DNA from: a virus
IMG/VR virus record: IMGVR_UViG_3300010413_000015
Span: 10,952 to 74,951 of that record
Length of the DNA: 64,000 nt
Direction: 5' to 3' (one strand)
The notes under the pieces were generated by a model that had not been told where the DNA came from, did not search any database, and saw only the letters and a list, made by a program, of their open reading frames with translations. The stretch's first letter is position 1. Each line of letters starts with the position of its first letter. This document shows, piece by piece, positions 36,683 through 46,219 of this stretch. The translations under genes were made by a program, and so were the position numbers.

Positions 36683-37347
36683 AGTGGGGCCTTAAACTGG
36701 ACTTCGTAGTAAAGCTCCATGTCTGCCTCGTTCAATGCCAGAATCCTCTTCTGGAGGTCCCGGTTCCCAACAAGCTCTCGCAGCCTGTCCGTGTATGTTG
36801 GTGATGGTGAAAGGTTGGTCCTGGGTAGTACGAAGGTCGGCCAGTGCAGCTTGTTTGCCAGCATGCAGATCCCCTGCTCCAGGAACTCGTAGGAGATTGC
36901 AGCGTCTACATCTTCTAGGTTGCCCACCATCTCTGTCTGGATGTTCTGCCTGGGTCTCTGCTCAATGAAGTCATCGACTGTCTCAAAGTTCACCATGTAG
37001 GGATGCGACTTCTCCCAGAGGTACCACGAGAAGATGAGAGACATTGGGTGCCTGACAATAGTCACTACAGGCATGTTGTCAACCAGGTTCTTTGGATAGA
37101 GAAATAGTGGGGTGTGCCCGTGGTAAGCAGGCATGGGCACGAACTCTTCCAAGAGACGGGCCCTGTGCCAGGCGGCCAGAAACGCCGGCCGGTCAGTCCA
37201 ATACCTGGAGTCCTGGTCACGGACGTAGATTCCCATAAGACTCTTTTCGGGGCCAGGAAAGTACCCAATGTTCTCTGCCCCGTACACCTGGTTCATGACT
37301 TGTTTAAGGGTAGTCCCCCCAGTTCTAGGAATGTGAATGTGAATCAT
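36649..37347 (-). CDS. Sulfotransferase (PAPS-dependent, carbohydrate type)
   Basis: 5'-PSB HIPRTGGTT, 3'-PB TIVRHP...SWY, C-terminal NEADMELY. Confidence 0.75.
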   Translation of the reverse strand: MIHIHIPRTGGTTLKQVMNQVYGAENIGYFPGPEKSLMGIYVRDQDSRYWTDRPAFLAAWHRARLLEEFVPMPAYHGHTPLFLYPKNLVDNMPVVTIVRHPMSLIFSWYLWEKSHPYMVNFETVDDFIEQRPRQNIQTEMVGNLEDVDAAISYEFLEQGICMLANKLHWPTFVLPRTNLSPSPTYTDRLRELVGNRDLQKRILALNEADMELYYEVQFKAPLWTRREGCARQ

Positions 37348-37813
37348 TCTTCTGCCTCACACACAGGAACGCCAGTGTTTCCTGGTTATGTGTCCATGGC
37401 CTGTCGAACTGTATGCAGGTGAGCCGAGACTTGGACAGGTAATTTGCCATGATTGGTATATTGAATCCCGTCTTGTGGAACTCGCCCTCGTGCTCCTGAT
37501 TGCCGAAAATGATGTCCAGCCACCAGTCGCTGCTTCCCATTTCTAGCCACCTGGTGACACACCATTCCAGACTCGGGACACGGATATCTGCGAAGCCGTC
37601 CGGATGAAGAACTCGGGCAATCTCCTTGAGGGCCGGAACCACGCAGGCCTTAGGAAGATGTTCCAAGACATGTGAGCAGTATAGGTCTTCCACAGACCCG
37701 CTGAGGAGGGGAAGCCGCAGCAAGTCTGCGCGGACGTCCCCTCCTACAAAGCGGTCTATCCCGAAGTAGCCTTGTAGCTTGTTCCTGCCGCACCCAAGGT
37801 CAACTTTTATCAC
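37325..37813 (-). CDS. Class I SAM-dependent methyltransferase
   Basis: VDLGCG, SHVLEHL, EIARVLHPDG. Confidence 0.85.
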   Translation of the reverse strand: MIKVDLGCGRNKLQGYFGIDRFVGGDVRADLLRLPLLSGSVEDLYCSHVLEHLPKACVVPALKEIARVLHPDGFADIRVPSLEWCVTRWLEMGSSDWWLDIIFGNQEHEGEFHKTGFNIPIMANYLSKSRLTCIQFDRPWTHNQETLAFLCVRQKNDSHSHS

Positions 37814-38009
37814 TGGCACCCTCCACAGGCAACATGCTATCCGGGCTCCAGGCGCTAGAATCCATTGGCACCCAAGAATCATCCCCACCAATGGTTATTG
37901 TGTACCCTGGCTTCGCTATGTACCTTGGGACCGATTCTTCTAGCAATCGGTTCAGCTTCTTGAGCTCCCGCAGAATGTCTTCCAGAATCTGGTGTTCTAG
38001 TCTAGCCAT
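37800..38009 (-). CDS. Hypothetical protein
   Basis: 69 aa overlapping both neighbours. Confidence 0.45.
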   Translation of the reverse strand: MARLEHQILEDILRELKKLNRLLEESVPRYIAKPGYTITIGGDDSWVPMDSSAWSPDSMLPVEGASDKS

Positions 38010-39450
38010 CTTTTACCACCGTCCCTCCCAGAATCATGATCTGGGCATCTGCCGGGGGTGGCCCCGCTTCTACCGGGCTTGACCCATAGCTCATCTGGTA
38101 GAACCAGTCTAGGTTTGTCCACCGGTCCCCCATGAACAGTTGGTCAAGTTCCTCCAGGGTCAGCATGTACAGGTCCCACGCAGTCCCGGGGGTGGCCTCT
38201 TTCTGTGGGGTGGAGAAGACAAAGTTTCCGCCAGGCTTGAGTACCCGGTACACCTCGTTTAGGAACGCTTCCTTGTCTTTGATGTGCTCCAGGACCTCGA
38301 AACACAGCACTTGGTCAACGGTGTTGTCCCCCACAATCAGCATCTTGGTTGCATCGCTGGTTGCGAAGGTAACATTCGATGCCTCGTAGAACTTCTTGGC
38401 ATGCTCGATGCTTTCCTCATCGATGTCTACACCAATGTACTCCTTGGCGTTGACCACAACGGCAGCACCATACCCGGTGCCACAGCCAATGTCCAGAACG
38501 ACATCGTCATGGGTAAAGTTGGCGGCCCACTCGTATCGCTGAACGTGGTCACGGAGGATTCCACCGGTCCCACCACCCTCTGCACGCTCCCGAGGGCCAT
38601 GGTTGTAGATAGGATACAGGCCCCCATGCTGGCGCATGGCCTGCACGCTGGAGTAGTCACGGCCGGCTATCGCCTTCATAGCCTCTTCCATATTTCTGGG
38701 GCTCTCTCCGTGCCATTGATGGTACACCATTAGGTTTCCAGAGGGGGCCGGGCTTATAGGGCTCTTGACGATGATGGTCGAGATCCCCCCAATGCGCCTG
38801 CGGTCCAGGAAGTCCATGTCCACACTGCCCCACACGTCAAACTCTCGAAAACCACCCAGCCAGCGCCACTTGTCCATCTTCATGGCCCAGAAGACCTCGG
38901 AGTCCCAAGTGTTGCGCTTCTCCTGGTTGTTGTTGGTGTAGTCGATTCCCTTCACCACACCATCAGCCCAGTTCTCCATGTAGAAGCCATCCATGGTCCT
39001 CAGATTGTGCAGGTCCCTCTTCCAGGCCGGCATGGGCCCCTGAGGCAGCCAGTAGGGGATAGCGGTGGCCCAGGAGCCCGGGTTGGCCATGATGGTCTCG
39101 TACATAAGCTCCAGCGCATCAGGGGGAACCATAATCTCCGGGTGGGTGGCTACCAGAACCTGGCCGGTGGCATGGGTTGAGACCGCGTTGCGCACCTTGC
39201 ACCCATCCCTCCACTTGCCCGGTTCCTTCGGAAGGTTCAGGTCCTCAGGGGCAGAGAAGTACCGCAGGGGCAACCCCGCCTCCTGCCACTTCTCTACAAC
39301 CTCTCGGGTATTATCCTGGCTGGCATCGTCGGCAATCAGGTACTCCCATTCATCAAAGGGGAGCGTCTGTTTTGAGTACGTGTACAGGGCATTGTCTAGC
39401 ATCTCGGCCCTGTTAAACGTTGCGGAAATCACGGAAATCTTCATCATCAA
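38002..39450 (-). CDS. GT2 glycosyltransferase fused to C-terminal SAM methyltransferase
   Basis: ISVISATFNRA, IADDASQD, GGFREFDVWGSVD, HQWH; then VLDIGCGTGYG, FEVLEH, RVLKPGG. Confidence 0.9.
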   Translation of the reverse strand: MMMKISVISATFNRAEMLDNALYTYSKQTLPFDEWEYLIADDASQDNTREVVEKWQEAGLPLRYFSAPEDLNLPKEPGKWRDGCKVRNAVSTHATGQVLVATHPEIMVPPDALELMYETIMANPGSWATAIPYWLPQGPMPAWKRDLHNLRTMDGFYMENWADGVVKGIDYTNNNQEKRNTWDSEVFWAMKMDKWRWLGGFREFDVWGSVDMDFLDRRRIGGISTIIVKSPISPAPSGNLMVYHQWHGESPRNMEEAMKAIAGRDYSSVQAMRQHGGLYPIYNHGPRERAEGGGTGGILRDHVQRYEWAANFTHDDVVLDIGCGTGYGAAVVVNAKEYIGVDIDEESIEHAKKFYEASNVTFATSDATKMLIVGDNTVDQVLCFEVLEHIKDKEAFLNEVYRVLKPGGNFVFSTPQKEATPGTAWDLYMLTLEELDQLFMGDRWTNLDWFYQMSYGSSPVEAGPPPADAQIMILGGTVVKDG

Positions 39451-39459
39451 CCTCCAAGA

Positions 39460-39828
39460 TTATGGGATGAACAACTTGTCCATCCATGTGGGTTCTGAAT
39501 CGGGAGTAACCTGCCAGGACCGTGGTTCCAGTGGGTGAATCCGGATGTAAAAGTCCCCGGGCCCTACATGAACAACCTGGCCCGCATGGACAGTCTTTGC
39601 TCCATCAGGCAAGAGGGCAATATATAGAGGGTCTGTGGTCTCCTGAGTCTCGTACACTGCCATGCCGTCAATCATGGCATCCTGCTCAAAAAGGAATGAG
39701 ACCGGGTTCAGGTTCGTAAGTCCTCCCTCTACAAACTTGATGACCAATGGCTGGGACCGTACCTCCGGAAGGGCACAGCCCTCGAACTGGAGGCGTACCC
39801 ATCCTGCACATCCATAACCCTCTGGCAT
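39460..39828 (-). CDS. Hypothetical protein, possibly related to the 28173-28547 family
   Basis: LTNLNPVSF...AKTVHAGQ resembles VSNESNIDF...AKSVNSGD. Confidence 0.4.
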   Translation of the reverse strand: MPEGYGCAGWVRLQFEGCALPEVRSQPLVIKFVEGGLTNLNPVSFLFEQDAMIDGMAVYETQETTDPLYIALLPDGAKTVHAGQVVHVGPGDFYIRIHPLEPRSWQVTPDSEPTWMDKLFIP

Positions 39829-40044
39829 CTAGCCATCCCTCCCCGGCTTGCCGGCATCATGGTCCATCATCCTGGCATGCCACTGTGGTCCCCTCTGGAA
39901 GACACCAGGTACAGATACCCGGAATATCGCTGGCTGGCCACATAACGGACATGTGGCCCCCTCCTTCCGGGCAGCCATCCTCCGAATCAGGGAGAAGTTG
40001 TACTGGCATTCTTCTGAGGTGCACTGGTAGGTATAAACTGGCAT
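39829..40044 (-). CDS. FmdB-like zinc ribbon protein
   Basis: MPVYTYQCTSEEC...CPLCG...RVSVPGVF. Confidence 0.75.
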   Translation of the reverse strand: MPVYTYQCTSEECQYNFSLIRRMAARKEGATCPLCGQPAIFRVSVPGVFQRGPQWHARMMDHDAGKPGRDG

Positions 40045-40052
40045 GGTCCCTC

Positions 40053-40265
40053 CTAGTACCGAATGTTGAAAGAGGTTGGGTGCCCACGGACACACACACC
40101 CTTAATGGCTTCTGCCCCTCTACTGACCTTCAACCGGGCAACTTGGGTTGGGTGCACGGGTAGCAGAACAGGATACGTCTCCCTGATGACCTTGGCCTTC
40201 TCCAACAACTTACACACCGGGCAGGGGATGGCATTCACCCCACTGCGTACCGGAAATCCCTCCAT
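40053..40265 (-). CDS. Small Cys/His protein
   Basis: CPVC...CVRGH. Confidence 0.5.
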   Translation of the reverse strand: MEGFPVRSGVNAIPCPVCKLLEKAKVIRETYPVLLPVHPTQVARLKVSRGAEAIKGVCVRGHPTSFNIRY

Positions 40266-40273
40266 TTCCCCTC

Positions 40274-42151
40274 CTAGCGATAGCGCACTTCCCTTCGAGA
40301 GTCCCGAGACTCGCGGAAGAACTCGAAGGTTTTGATTATGTCGTCATCATCCTCAACTGGAGCTGGTTTCTCAAACTCACTTGCAACCCACCGGTAGGTC
40401 CGGTTGGCTAGGCACAACATGGCCATTACCACGTCCTGGGGCCGGTCTTTGGGCAGCTTCAGCTTGAACTCCGCCATCTCCAGTTCCATCATGGCAATCC
40501 CTGGCGCATGGAACATGCACCCATAGCGGTTACTACCACGTAGCATCCTCTGTAGCTTCATGACCTCCGTTGCCACATCAGATCCCATGTTCAGGGGAAA
40601 CACGAACAGGTCGTCGGGCCAGACTACTGTATGTACGTGTTTCTGCGTTCCACCAGACTCTACAGCGAAATCGCCTTCCAGCATAGGGTACTTCGACAGA
40701 GCATCTTTCGCGGCCGCAATCCAGGGGTCAATGGACCCATGCTGTCCCGGAATGTTCCCCGTGCGGAAGTACACGATTTCAAAGGGAGGGCCTAGGTCAA
40801 TTCGCGCCCCAACAATCACCCACTTGTTGCGGTCGGGAATTTTCCCTGCCCCCGGGTCAGACCCAAAAGCGTAGACCCCGCCAGGCTCGGCCGGTTTTTC
40901 GTAGTGCCACAGACCCCAATCCGGGTGCGTTTCGTATACGAAACCTGGCTCTTCGTTTTCTACCGCCTCTACAGCCAGCTCATCAAGCTGGCCAACAAAC
41001 AGGTCTTCCAGATAGGGGAATACGTCTCCGGAGGCTGCAGGCTTGACCGCCTCCAACTCCACGGCCAGGGCGTTCGGGTCGGTAAACTGTTGGGACCAGA
41101 AGGCGATCTGGCCAGAGGTCAGGTATAGGTTCATGGTGCTGGTCCACCGTGCCGACCACCGCAGGGTGGGGTCTGCCTTACCCTTTTCCCACCGGTTCCA
41201 CCAGGCCAGATGGTAAGGAGCATTCCCAATCATGGTCAACTCCGTCCGCTTGGCCAGGTTCTCTCCTTCTACCCAGCGCTCGAGCTTCTCCTGCATCATC
41301 TTGCGTTTGAAGGGGTTCATTTCCCATTCAATGTCACGGACACGACGGGCATACTCCTCCTTCAGTTCAGGATGCGAGTTGAGGATGTACTCATTCACGC
41401 CTCGGGCCGTTCCCGTTAGCACGCCCACGTACCAATCTGTGACAAAGAGCCGGAATCCTTCATCTACACTGACCAGGCCCACCCGCTCCCCACGAACACG
41501 CTCAAGGTTCTCGCCAATGGTTCGGAACAGCCAGCGAGTACCCGGGTCGTGCTCATTCCAGGAGTGAAGAAAGACTTCAGGCAGGGGGTTGGTATGGTAG
41601 TCTTTGACAAACAGGTCCCAAAACTTCCCTACACGAGCCTGCTTCAGGAGGAAATAGTACACGAGCTTGGCCTGGTCCAGAGTGGGTCCTACGTGCAACC
41701 AATCATGACCAGGCCACAGCACGCTTCTTAGCGCCTTGGAGACCCCAACGGTCTCTGACTTTCCACAACCACGTCCCCCCATGACCATCTGGTCTCGAAT
41801 TGGGCAGTAGTGCAGTTCTGCCTGATACCGCTGGAACTCCCAGCCAAACAACCAGCGCGAGACCAGGTTCACATGCAGGATACTGTCAATGTGCTTCACC
41901 TGCACGTCGCAGTCTGGACAGATGGGCACTAGACCTACGCCGGCTGGGTCATACTCAGCCGAGTACATCTGCCCACAGCTTCGACACTCATATCGCTCAA
42001 TGCGCGGCAGGTGGTTGGGCCAGTCTTCCCTGTATTTCTTCCATCCATACAGAAGAAACTGCTCTCCCCGTGCCGCAATCTTGATGAGCTCGATTTCGTC
42101 CTCGGTCAGGCGGTCATCCACATATGCCTGGACCGGCTCTCGTTTGGCCAC
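40274..42151 (-). CDS. terL: Terminase large subunit
   Basis: Walker A GGRGCGKS, GPTLDQA, Walker B VSVDEG, nuclease GSDPG and QDVVMA; N-terminal CRSC/CPDC insert. Confidence 0.85.
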   Translation of the reverse strand: MAKREPVQAYVDDRLTEDEIELIKIAARGEQFLLYGWKKYREDWPNHLPRIERYECRSCGQMYSAEYDPAGVGLVPICPDCDVQVKHIDSILHVNLVSRWLFGWEFQRYQAELHYCPIRDQMVMGGRGCGKSETVGVSKALRSVLWPGHDWLHVGPTLDQAKLVYYFLLKQARVGKFWDLFVKDYHTNPLPEVFLHSWNEHDPGTRWLFRTIGENLERVRGERVGLVSVDEGFRLFVTDWYVGVLTGTARGVNEYILNSHPELKEEYARRVRDIEWEMNPFKRKMMQEKLERWVEGENLAKRTELTMIGNAPYHLAWWNRWEKGKADPTLRWSARWTSTMNLYLTSGQIAFWSQQFTDPNALAVELEAVKPAASGDVFPYLEDLFVGQLDELAVEAVENEEPGFVYETHPDWGLWHYEKPAEPGGVYAFGSDPGAGKIPDRNKWVIVGARIDLGPPFEIVYFRTGNIPGQHGSIDPWIAAAKDALSKYPMLEGDFAVESGGTQKHVHTVVWPDDLFVFPLNMGSDVATEVMKLQRMLRGSNRYGCMFHAPGIAMMELEMAEFKLKLPKDRPQDVVMAMLCLANRTYRWVASEFEKPAPVEDDDDIIKTFEFFRESRDSRREVRYR

Positions 42152-42408
42152 TACTTCTTCCTTTTCCCTGCTGTGCGAGGGGCCCAGCGTGTGTCCAGCC
42201 CCTCCTTCCAGGTCTCTTCGTCCATCCAGTGAGGTTGAAACAGCGGCTCACTCTCTGACCAGGTGCAGGAAAGGCAGGCACCTGCCCAGGTGCCGGACTC
42301 ACTCCCGCAGTTAGGGCAGGTGACAAACCCCTGGTCGTTGGTGAAGAACTTAGGCTTGGCTCTCTTTTTTTCCGACGGAAACCCTAGAGTCATACAGAAA
42401 CGCTCCAC
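42151..42408 (-). CDS. Small zinc-ribbon protein
   Basis: CPNCG...CLSC. Confidence 0.55.
   Translation of the reverse strand: MERFCMTLGFPSEKKRAKPKFFTNDQGFVTCPNCGSESGTWAGACLSCTWSESEPLFQPHWMDEETWKEGLDTRWAPRTAGKRKK
42369..42381. repeat. 13-bp quasi-palindrome, copy 7
   Basis: TTTCCGACGGAAA. Confidence 0.95.
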
Positions 42409-42468
42409 TCATATCGTCTGCCCACACTACCGCCTTCTGTCATTCCCCCGCCCTCCCTGAACGATATG

Positions 42469-43677
42469 CTACCGCACAATCCTGCGGAGCTGCTTCACTT
42501 GTGTCTTTACCCCGCCCCACAGCATGCTCGTTTGACTCGGGGCAGGCTCATCGGGTGGGGGGTTATTCTGCAGAATACGAATCACAGGCATTTCCAGCCA
42601 GTAGCTAGGCCCCCCGTGCCGCCAGGAGCCTGTTGCCCAGGAGTCCCCATCCCAGGCACCGGACCCCCCACCACAACTATCCAGGCCTAGCCAGAATCCA
42701 TACCACCGTACCGGGGTGGAGATGCGATTCACTACATGCTCTGTCCATACAGCCACTGTGTCCGGCGTGGGCCTAAGAAACCGCAAATCACGATTTTCGC
42801 CAGACCCCGCAACGGCACCAGGGGTCCAGCCCCCCTCTGTCATACAGAGGTACAGCACCTTCCCGAAGTGCCTCTGCATGTAGAATGCCACTCGCTCCCA
42901 ACCCCGCCAGCAGGTATCGTCTACAATGGCTGTCAGGCCCGGCTGCTTCCCGGCCTTGCGTGCTGCATTCACCATTTCAAGGGGAACATCATTGAGCCCC
43001 CGGTCACTGAGGAAGGGACCAAACCATTGCTCGATATCCTTCTCAGTCAGAAGGGGACTTCCTAGCTGTGTTACTGAATCATAGGGGAAATCAGGGGGGC
43101 GGTTCAGGCCGTACCAGTGACCGGCAAAGCCCATCCAGCCGGCCTCCCAGTGATGCCACACGGGCTCGATGCTCGGGAAGAAGTCATAGGGCCAGCTTGG
43201 CCCATCGGCAAACAACGCAACCCCGCCTTCGGATACCACGCCCGACCCATGCTTCATGTAGTAATCTAGGTACCGGAGGTCCCAGTCCTTAGGAGTACCG
43301 TCTCCTGCCCATTCCCGGCCGTCACCGGGCTCATTCCCGATTAGGACCAGGGGGGTCAGACCATAGGCGGCGAACTGGCGGACCAGCTCTCTCACATGGT
43401 CCATTACGGGCCAGCCGCGATTGAGGAGTACCTTGAACCGCACTACGGGGACAATACCATTGTCCAAGAACAACTGCACCACACTCCGGCCCCCAAGAGC
43501 ATCCATGGGCCGGGTGACAGAATCTCCCTCTGCCAGGAGAATCACGTACCCGATTCGCATGTTCTTCAGGAGCTCAATCCAGTACTCCCACTTCTCTACC
43601 CATACGTCATGGTACCCAAAGGGCAGCCAGTGCAGCCCCCTGTTTGTGGTGTGGTCAAACGAGGTCTTTGGCTCCAT
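42469..43677 (-). CDS. Clan GH-A-like TIM-barrel glycoside hydrolase
   Basis: GNEP acid/base, HWY, MTEGG nucleophile; start at ATG 43677 (TAATG overlap). Confidence 0.65.
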   Translation of the reverse strand: MEPKTSFDHTTNRGLHWLPFGYHDVWVEKWEYWIELLKNMRIGYVILLAEGDSVTRPMDALGGRSVVQLFLDNGIVPVVRFKVLLNRGWPVMDHVRELVRQFAAYGLTPLVLIGNEPGDGREWAGDGTPKDWDLRYLDYYMKHGSGVVSEGGVALFADGPSWPYDFFPSIEPVWHHWEAGWMGFAGHWYGLNRPPDFPYDSVTQLGSPLLTEKDIEQWFGPFLSDRGLNDVPLEMVNAARKAGKQPGLTAIVDDTCWRGWERVAFYMQRHFGKVLYLCMTEGGWTPGAVAGSGENRDLRFLRPTPDTVAVWTEHVVNRISTPVRWYGFWLGLDSCGGGSGAWDGDSWATGSWRHGGPSYWLEMPVIRILQNNPPPDEPAPSQTSMLWGGVKTQVKQLRRIVR

Positions 43678-44585
43678 TAGGGCACCGTCCCCGTGCGGAT
43701 GGCATACGCATAGACCTCCGCATCTGCCTCGTAGATGCCATAGGTGTCCCACTCCCAACCAGGGGAAGCTGTGTACAAGTAGATGGCTTCCACCGATGGA
43801 GATTTCTGGCATTCCCATTGGTAGCCCAGGAGCTGGCGGACATACTGCTTGGGGTCCTTATCAACTACACGCCAGCCTCCCCGAGGGCCCACGAGTAACC
43901 GGTCAATCCCGGCCTCTGTGATGTGCAGCCGTGGTAGCTCGTACTCTGGCCATGCAGGTGCCAATGCCCTGATAATCCTCCGGTGGCGCAACGTCAGATG
44001 GGTTTCCAGACGCACAGCCCCTATCGCCGGGTCTAGCTTCGTCGTGAGAACTGTGGGCCAGTTGTACTCGTGCATCGACCAGATGCCCTTGTACTTCAGG
44101 AGCGCTGCAATCCCCTGGCCGAAGAGCTCTGGAACATGCTCCGGCTCTGGATGGCCTACCCCAAAGCAGTACCCACAGGACCGGATGCCAAACTCCTCGT
44201 ACAGGAGGCGCGTATACTCTGCCGTGAAGTAGTCCAGGGCCTGGCGCCCAGCCCGGTCCTTCAGGATGAGCGCATTCGAGGGCTCGTTCATGTGCTCCAC
44301 ATAGAACCTGGGCTTGGACAACCATGGGCGCTTCTGTAGCTCTCCACGAACCCGGTCCAGGCGAGGCTTGGCCCCCGCCTTCCCCATGAGCACTTCCCGC
44401 TTTGCCGTCCCCTCGTCCTCAAAGAACCGGACAATCCAATTGAGACTGGGGAAGTCGTAGGCAAATGGCTCCTGGTCCCCAGGGTCCATGCACTTCATCC
44501 ACCGCACGCCCGAAAGTGCAATGAATGCCTTGATCCAATGAGGCATCCCCAACTGAATGTGCAACGTCAGGAGCGAGTCCGTCAT
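43677..44585 (-). CDS. Clan GH-A-like TIM-barrel glycoside hydrolase
   Basis: MNEP, MHEY, ITEAG. Confidence 0.65.
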   Translation of the reverse strand: MTDSLLTLHIQLGMPHWIKAFIALSGVRWMKCMDPGDQEPFAYDFPSLNWIVRFFEDEGTAKREVLMGKAGAKPRLDRVRGELQKRPWLSKPRFYVEHMNEPSNALILKDRAGRQALDYFTAEYTRLLYEEFGIRSCGYCFGVGHPEPEHVPELFGQGIAALLKYKGIWSMHEYNWPTVLTTKLDPAIGAVRLETHLTLRHRRIIRALAPAWPEYELPRLHITEAGIDRLLVGPRGGWRVVDKDPKQYVRQLLGYQWECQKSPSVEAIYLYTASPGWEWDTYGIYEADAEVYAYAIRTGTVP

Positions 44586-45238
44586 GCTGTATTCTCCTCG
44601 ATAGCCGTGAGGAGCGCGATAATCTTGTTCAGCTTCCTCAACACCTTGAGCTGGAAGTCTGGGTCCGGGACAGGGTCCGTCTCTTCAGCCAGCGCTTCAA
44701 CTTCCTCAAACTCTACGTCGAAATGGTCGTGGTTCGTCCCTACTATCATGCCTAACCCCCGTATCACGTCAGAATGTGTTTCGTGCCCGTAGGCCCACAT
44801 GCCGTGAGGCCCTCTCTCACCTTTTGCAGGGTCGTAGTACGCACCCCGCCCCATGTCGCCCGTGACAGTGCCATCATTCTTGGTTACGAGCTCTACCGCC
44901 CGACCTGGCACCATGCCTGTGACAAGCCCATCCGCAGGCCCTGCCCAAATGTCAATCGGTGCATCTGGCCAGTACCAGGCCACTCTCGTCAACGGCCGGT
45001 TGCCATACTTGTCCGACATCGTCACCTGAATACTGGAATTGGTGTCCACCCTCTCCACCAAACGCACAATCCGCCAGACCTTCGTCCCCTCAGGTACAAC
45101 CGGCCGGTATATCTGGTACGGCCCGTACTTGGCTAGCAAGTATACCTCATCCCTCGTATTCCCATTCGCATCCACAACCTCAATGGTCATAGTGCTGCCA
45201 TCTCCTTTCTTGAAGCCGTACGGCACCCTCGTCTCCAC
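44582..45238 (-). CDS. Hypothetical protein, first gene of the late operon
   Basis: GGAGG RBS; MGRGAYYDP..GERGPH..W...SDVIRGLGM..TNHDH domain. Confidence 0.65.
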   Translation of the reverse strand: METRVPYGFKKGDGSTMTIEVVDANGNTRDEVYLLAKYGPYQIYRPVVPEGTKVWRIVRLVERVDTNSSIQVTMSDKYGNRPLTRVAWYWPDAPIDIWAGPADGLVTGMVPGRAVELVTKNDGTVTGDMGRGAYYDPAKGERGPHGMWAYGHETHSDVIRGLGMIVGTNHDHFDVEFEEVEALAEETDPVPDPDFQLKVLRKLNKIIALLTAIEENTA

Positions 45239-45267
45239 TTACACCTCCAAGATTCCCAGATGGGGTC

Positions 45268-45296
45268 ATTCTACCACGATTGGGGTTATTCGTCAA
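45268..45296 (-). promoter_or_regulatory. sigma70-type promoter heading the late operon
   Basis: TTGACG-17 bp-TAGAAT with GTGG before the -10. Confidence 0.75.
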
Positions 45297-45362
45297 TGCA
45301 ACCATAGATGCGTAGACGTAGACAATGCCTGTGCCTGCCTGCAGTTGCGGGAGTGCGCATCG

Positions 45363-45405
45363 CTTGACACTCCATCATAGGGGGAGTACTTGATGGAGTG
45401 TCAAG
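45363..45405. repeat. 15-bp perfect inverted repeat at the late/early divergence
   Basis: CTTGACACTCCATCA-N13-TGATGGAGTGTCAAG. Confidence 0.9.
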
Positions 45406-45555
45406 TTATGCGCTCGCACATTGAGAGGGGGGTCACACTTTGGAAAGCCGTATTAGTAGTATAGGGTGAGTCCGGGACTGTTGCTTGGGGGGGGATACCC
45501 CCCCCTCCGCACCCCTATCCCGGGCTTAAATCTTTCCCTATACCAGGAGGCAGCG

Positions 45556-45900
45556 ATGGCCAGAATCGAGGGCCATGCGCGGGGCAAGCTCGCAGAGCTG
45601 CAGCTCCGACGGTGCGTCTCCCCACAGGTTGCCAGTGACCTGGAGAAATACCTCCACCGACTGGTGACCCACAGTGATACAGCCATTGTCGTGCAGTTGG
45701 ACGAGGCTGTATCAGATCAGACTAGGGACGCCTGGTCCGAGCAAGACCTCTTGGTTGCAGTGGTACGCCGGGGCACGGTGTATACCGTGTTCTTGAGCCG
45801 CTGTGACTATGGGGACCCCACCAGGGCGTGGGCCATTGGCAAGTTCAGGGTGGCACGCGCCATAATTCTTGGAAAGGAGGTGCTCGATGGATTGTCCTAA
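45556..45900 (+). CDS. Hypothetical early protein
   Basis: AGGAGG RBS before ATG 45556. Confidence 0.6.
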   Translation: MARIEGHARGKLAELQLRRCVSPQVASDLEKYLHRLVTHSDTAIVVQLDEAVSDQTRDAWSEQDLLVAVVRRGTVYTVFLSRCDYGDPTRAWAIGKFRVARAIILGKEVLDGLS

Positions 45901-46210
45901 CCTTGAGCACAGACTTGGGTACTGGGTGAACAACCCGGCCACCCTCGCAGTACAGGTCCTGCCTGACAGCAGGGCCACCTTCCCTATGGTGCAGGTCCTC
46001 TTCCGTACAGAGCCATGGCCTGGCTTCACGGAAGAGCGCCTGACCAAGGTGCACGACAGTGTGGTGGAAGCACGCGCCACACTGCAGGCCCTTGGATGGG
46101 CCGTGGCCAGGGTAGGCGTGTATGATGTCTATACACCCACCGAGCCCACACCCTCCTGGCTGAAGGGCATGGAGGATGCCTACGAGAACAGGGAGCATCC
46201 CTGGTTCTAG
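45887..46210 (+). CDS. Hypothetical early protein
   Basis: AAGGAGG RBS before ATG 45887. Confidence 0.6.
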   Translation: MDCPNLEHRLGYWVNNPATLAVQVLPDSRATFPMVQVLFRTEPWPGFTEERLTKVHDSVVEARATLQALGWAVARVGVYDVYTPTEPTPSWLKGMEDAYENREHPWF

Positions 46211-46219
46211 CATCCTCCC

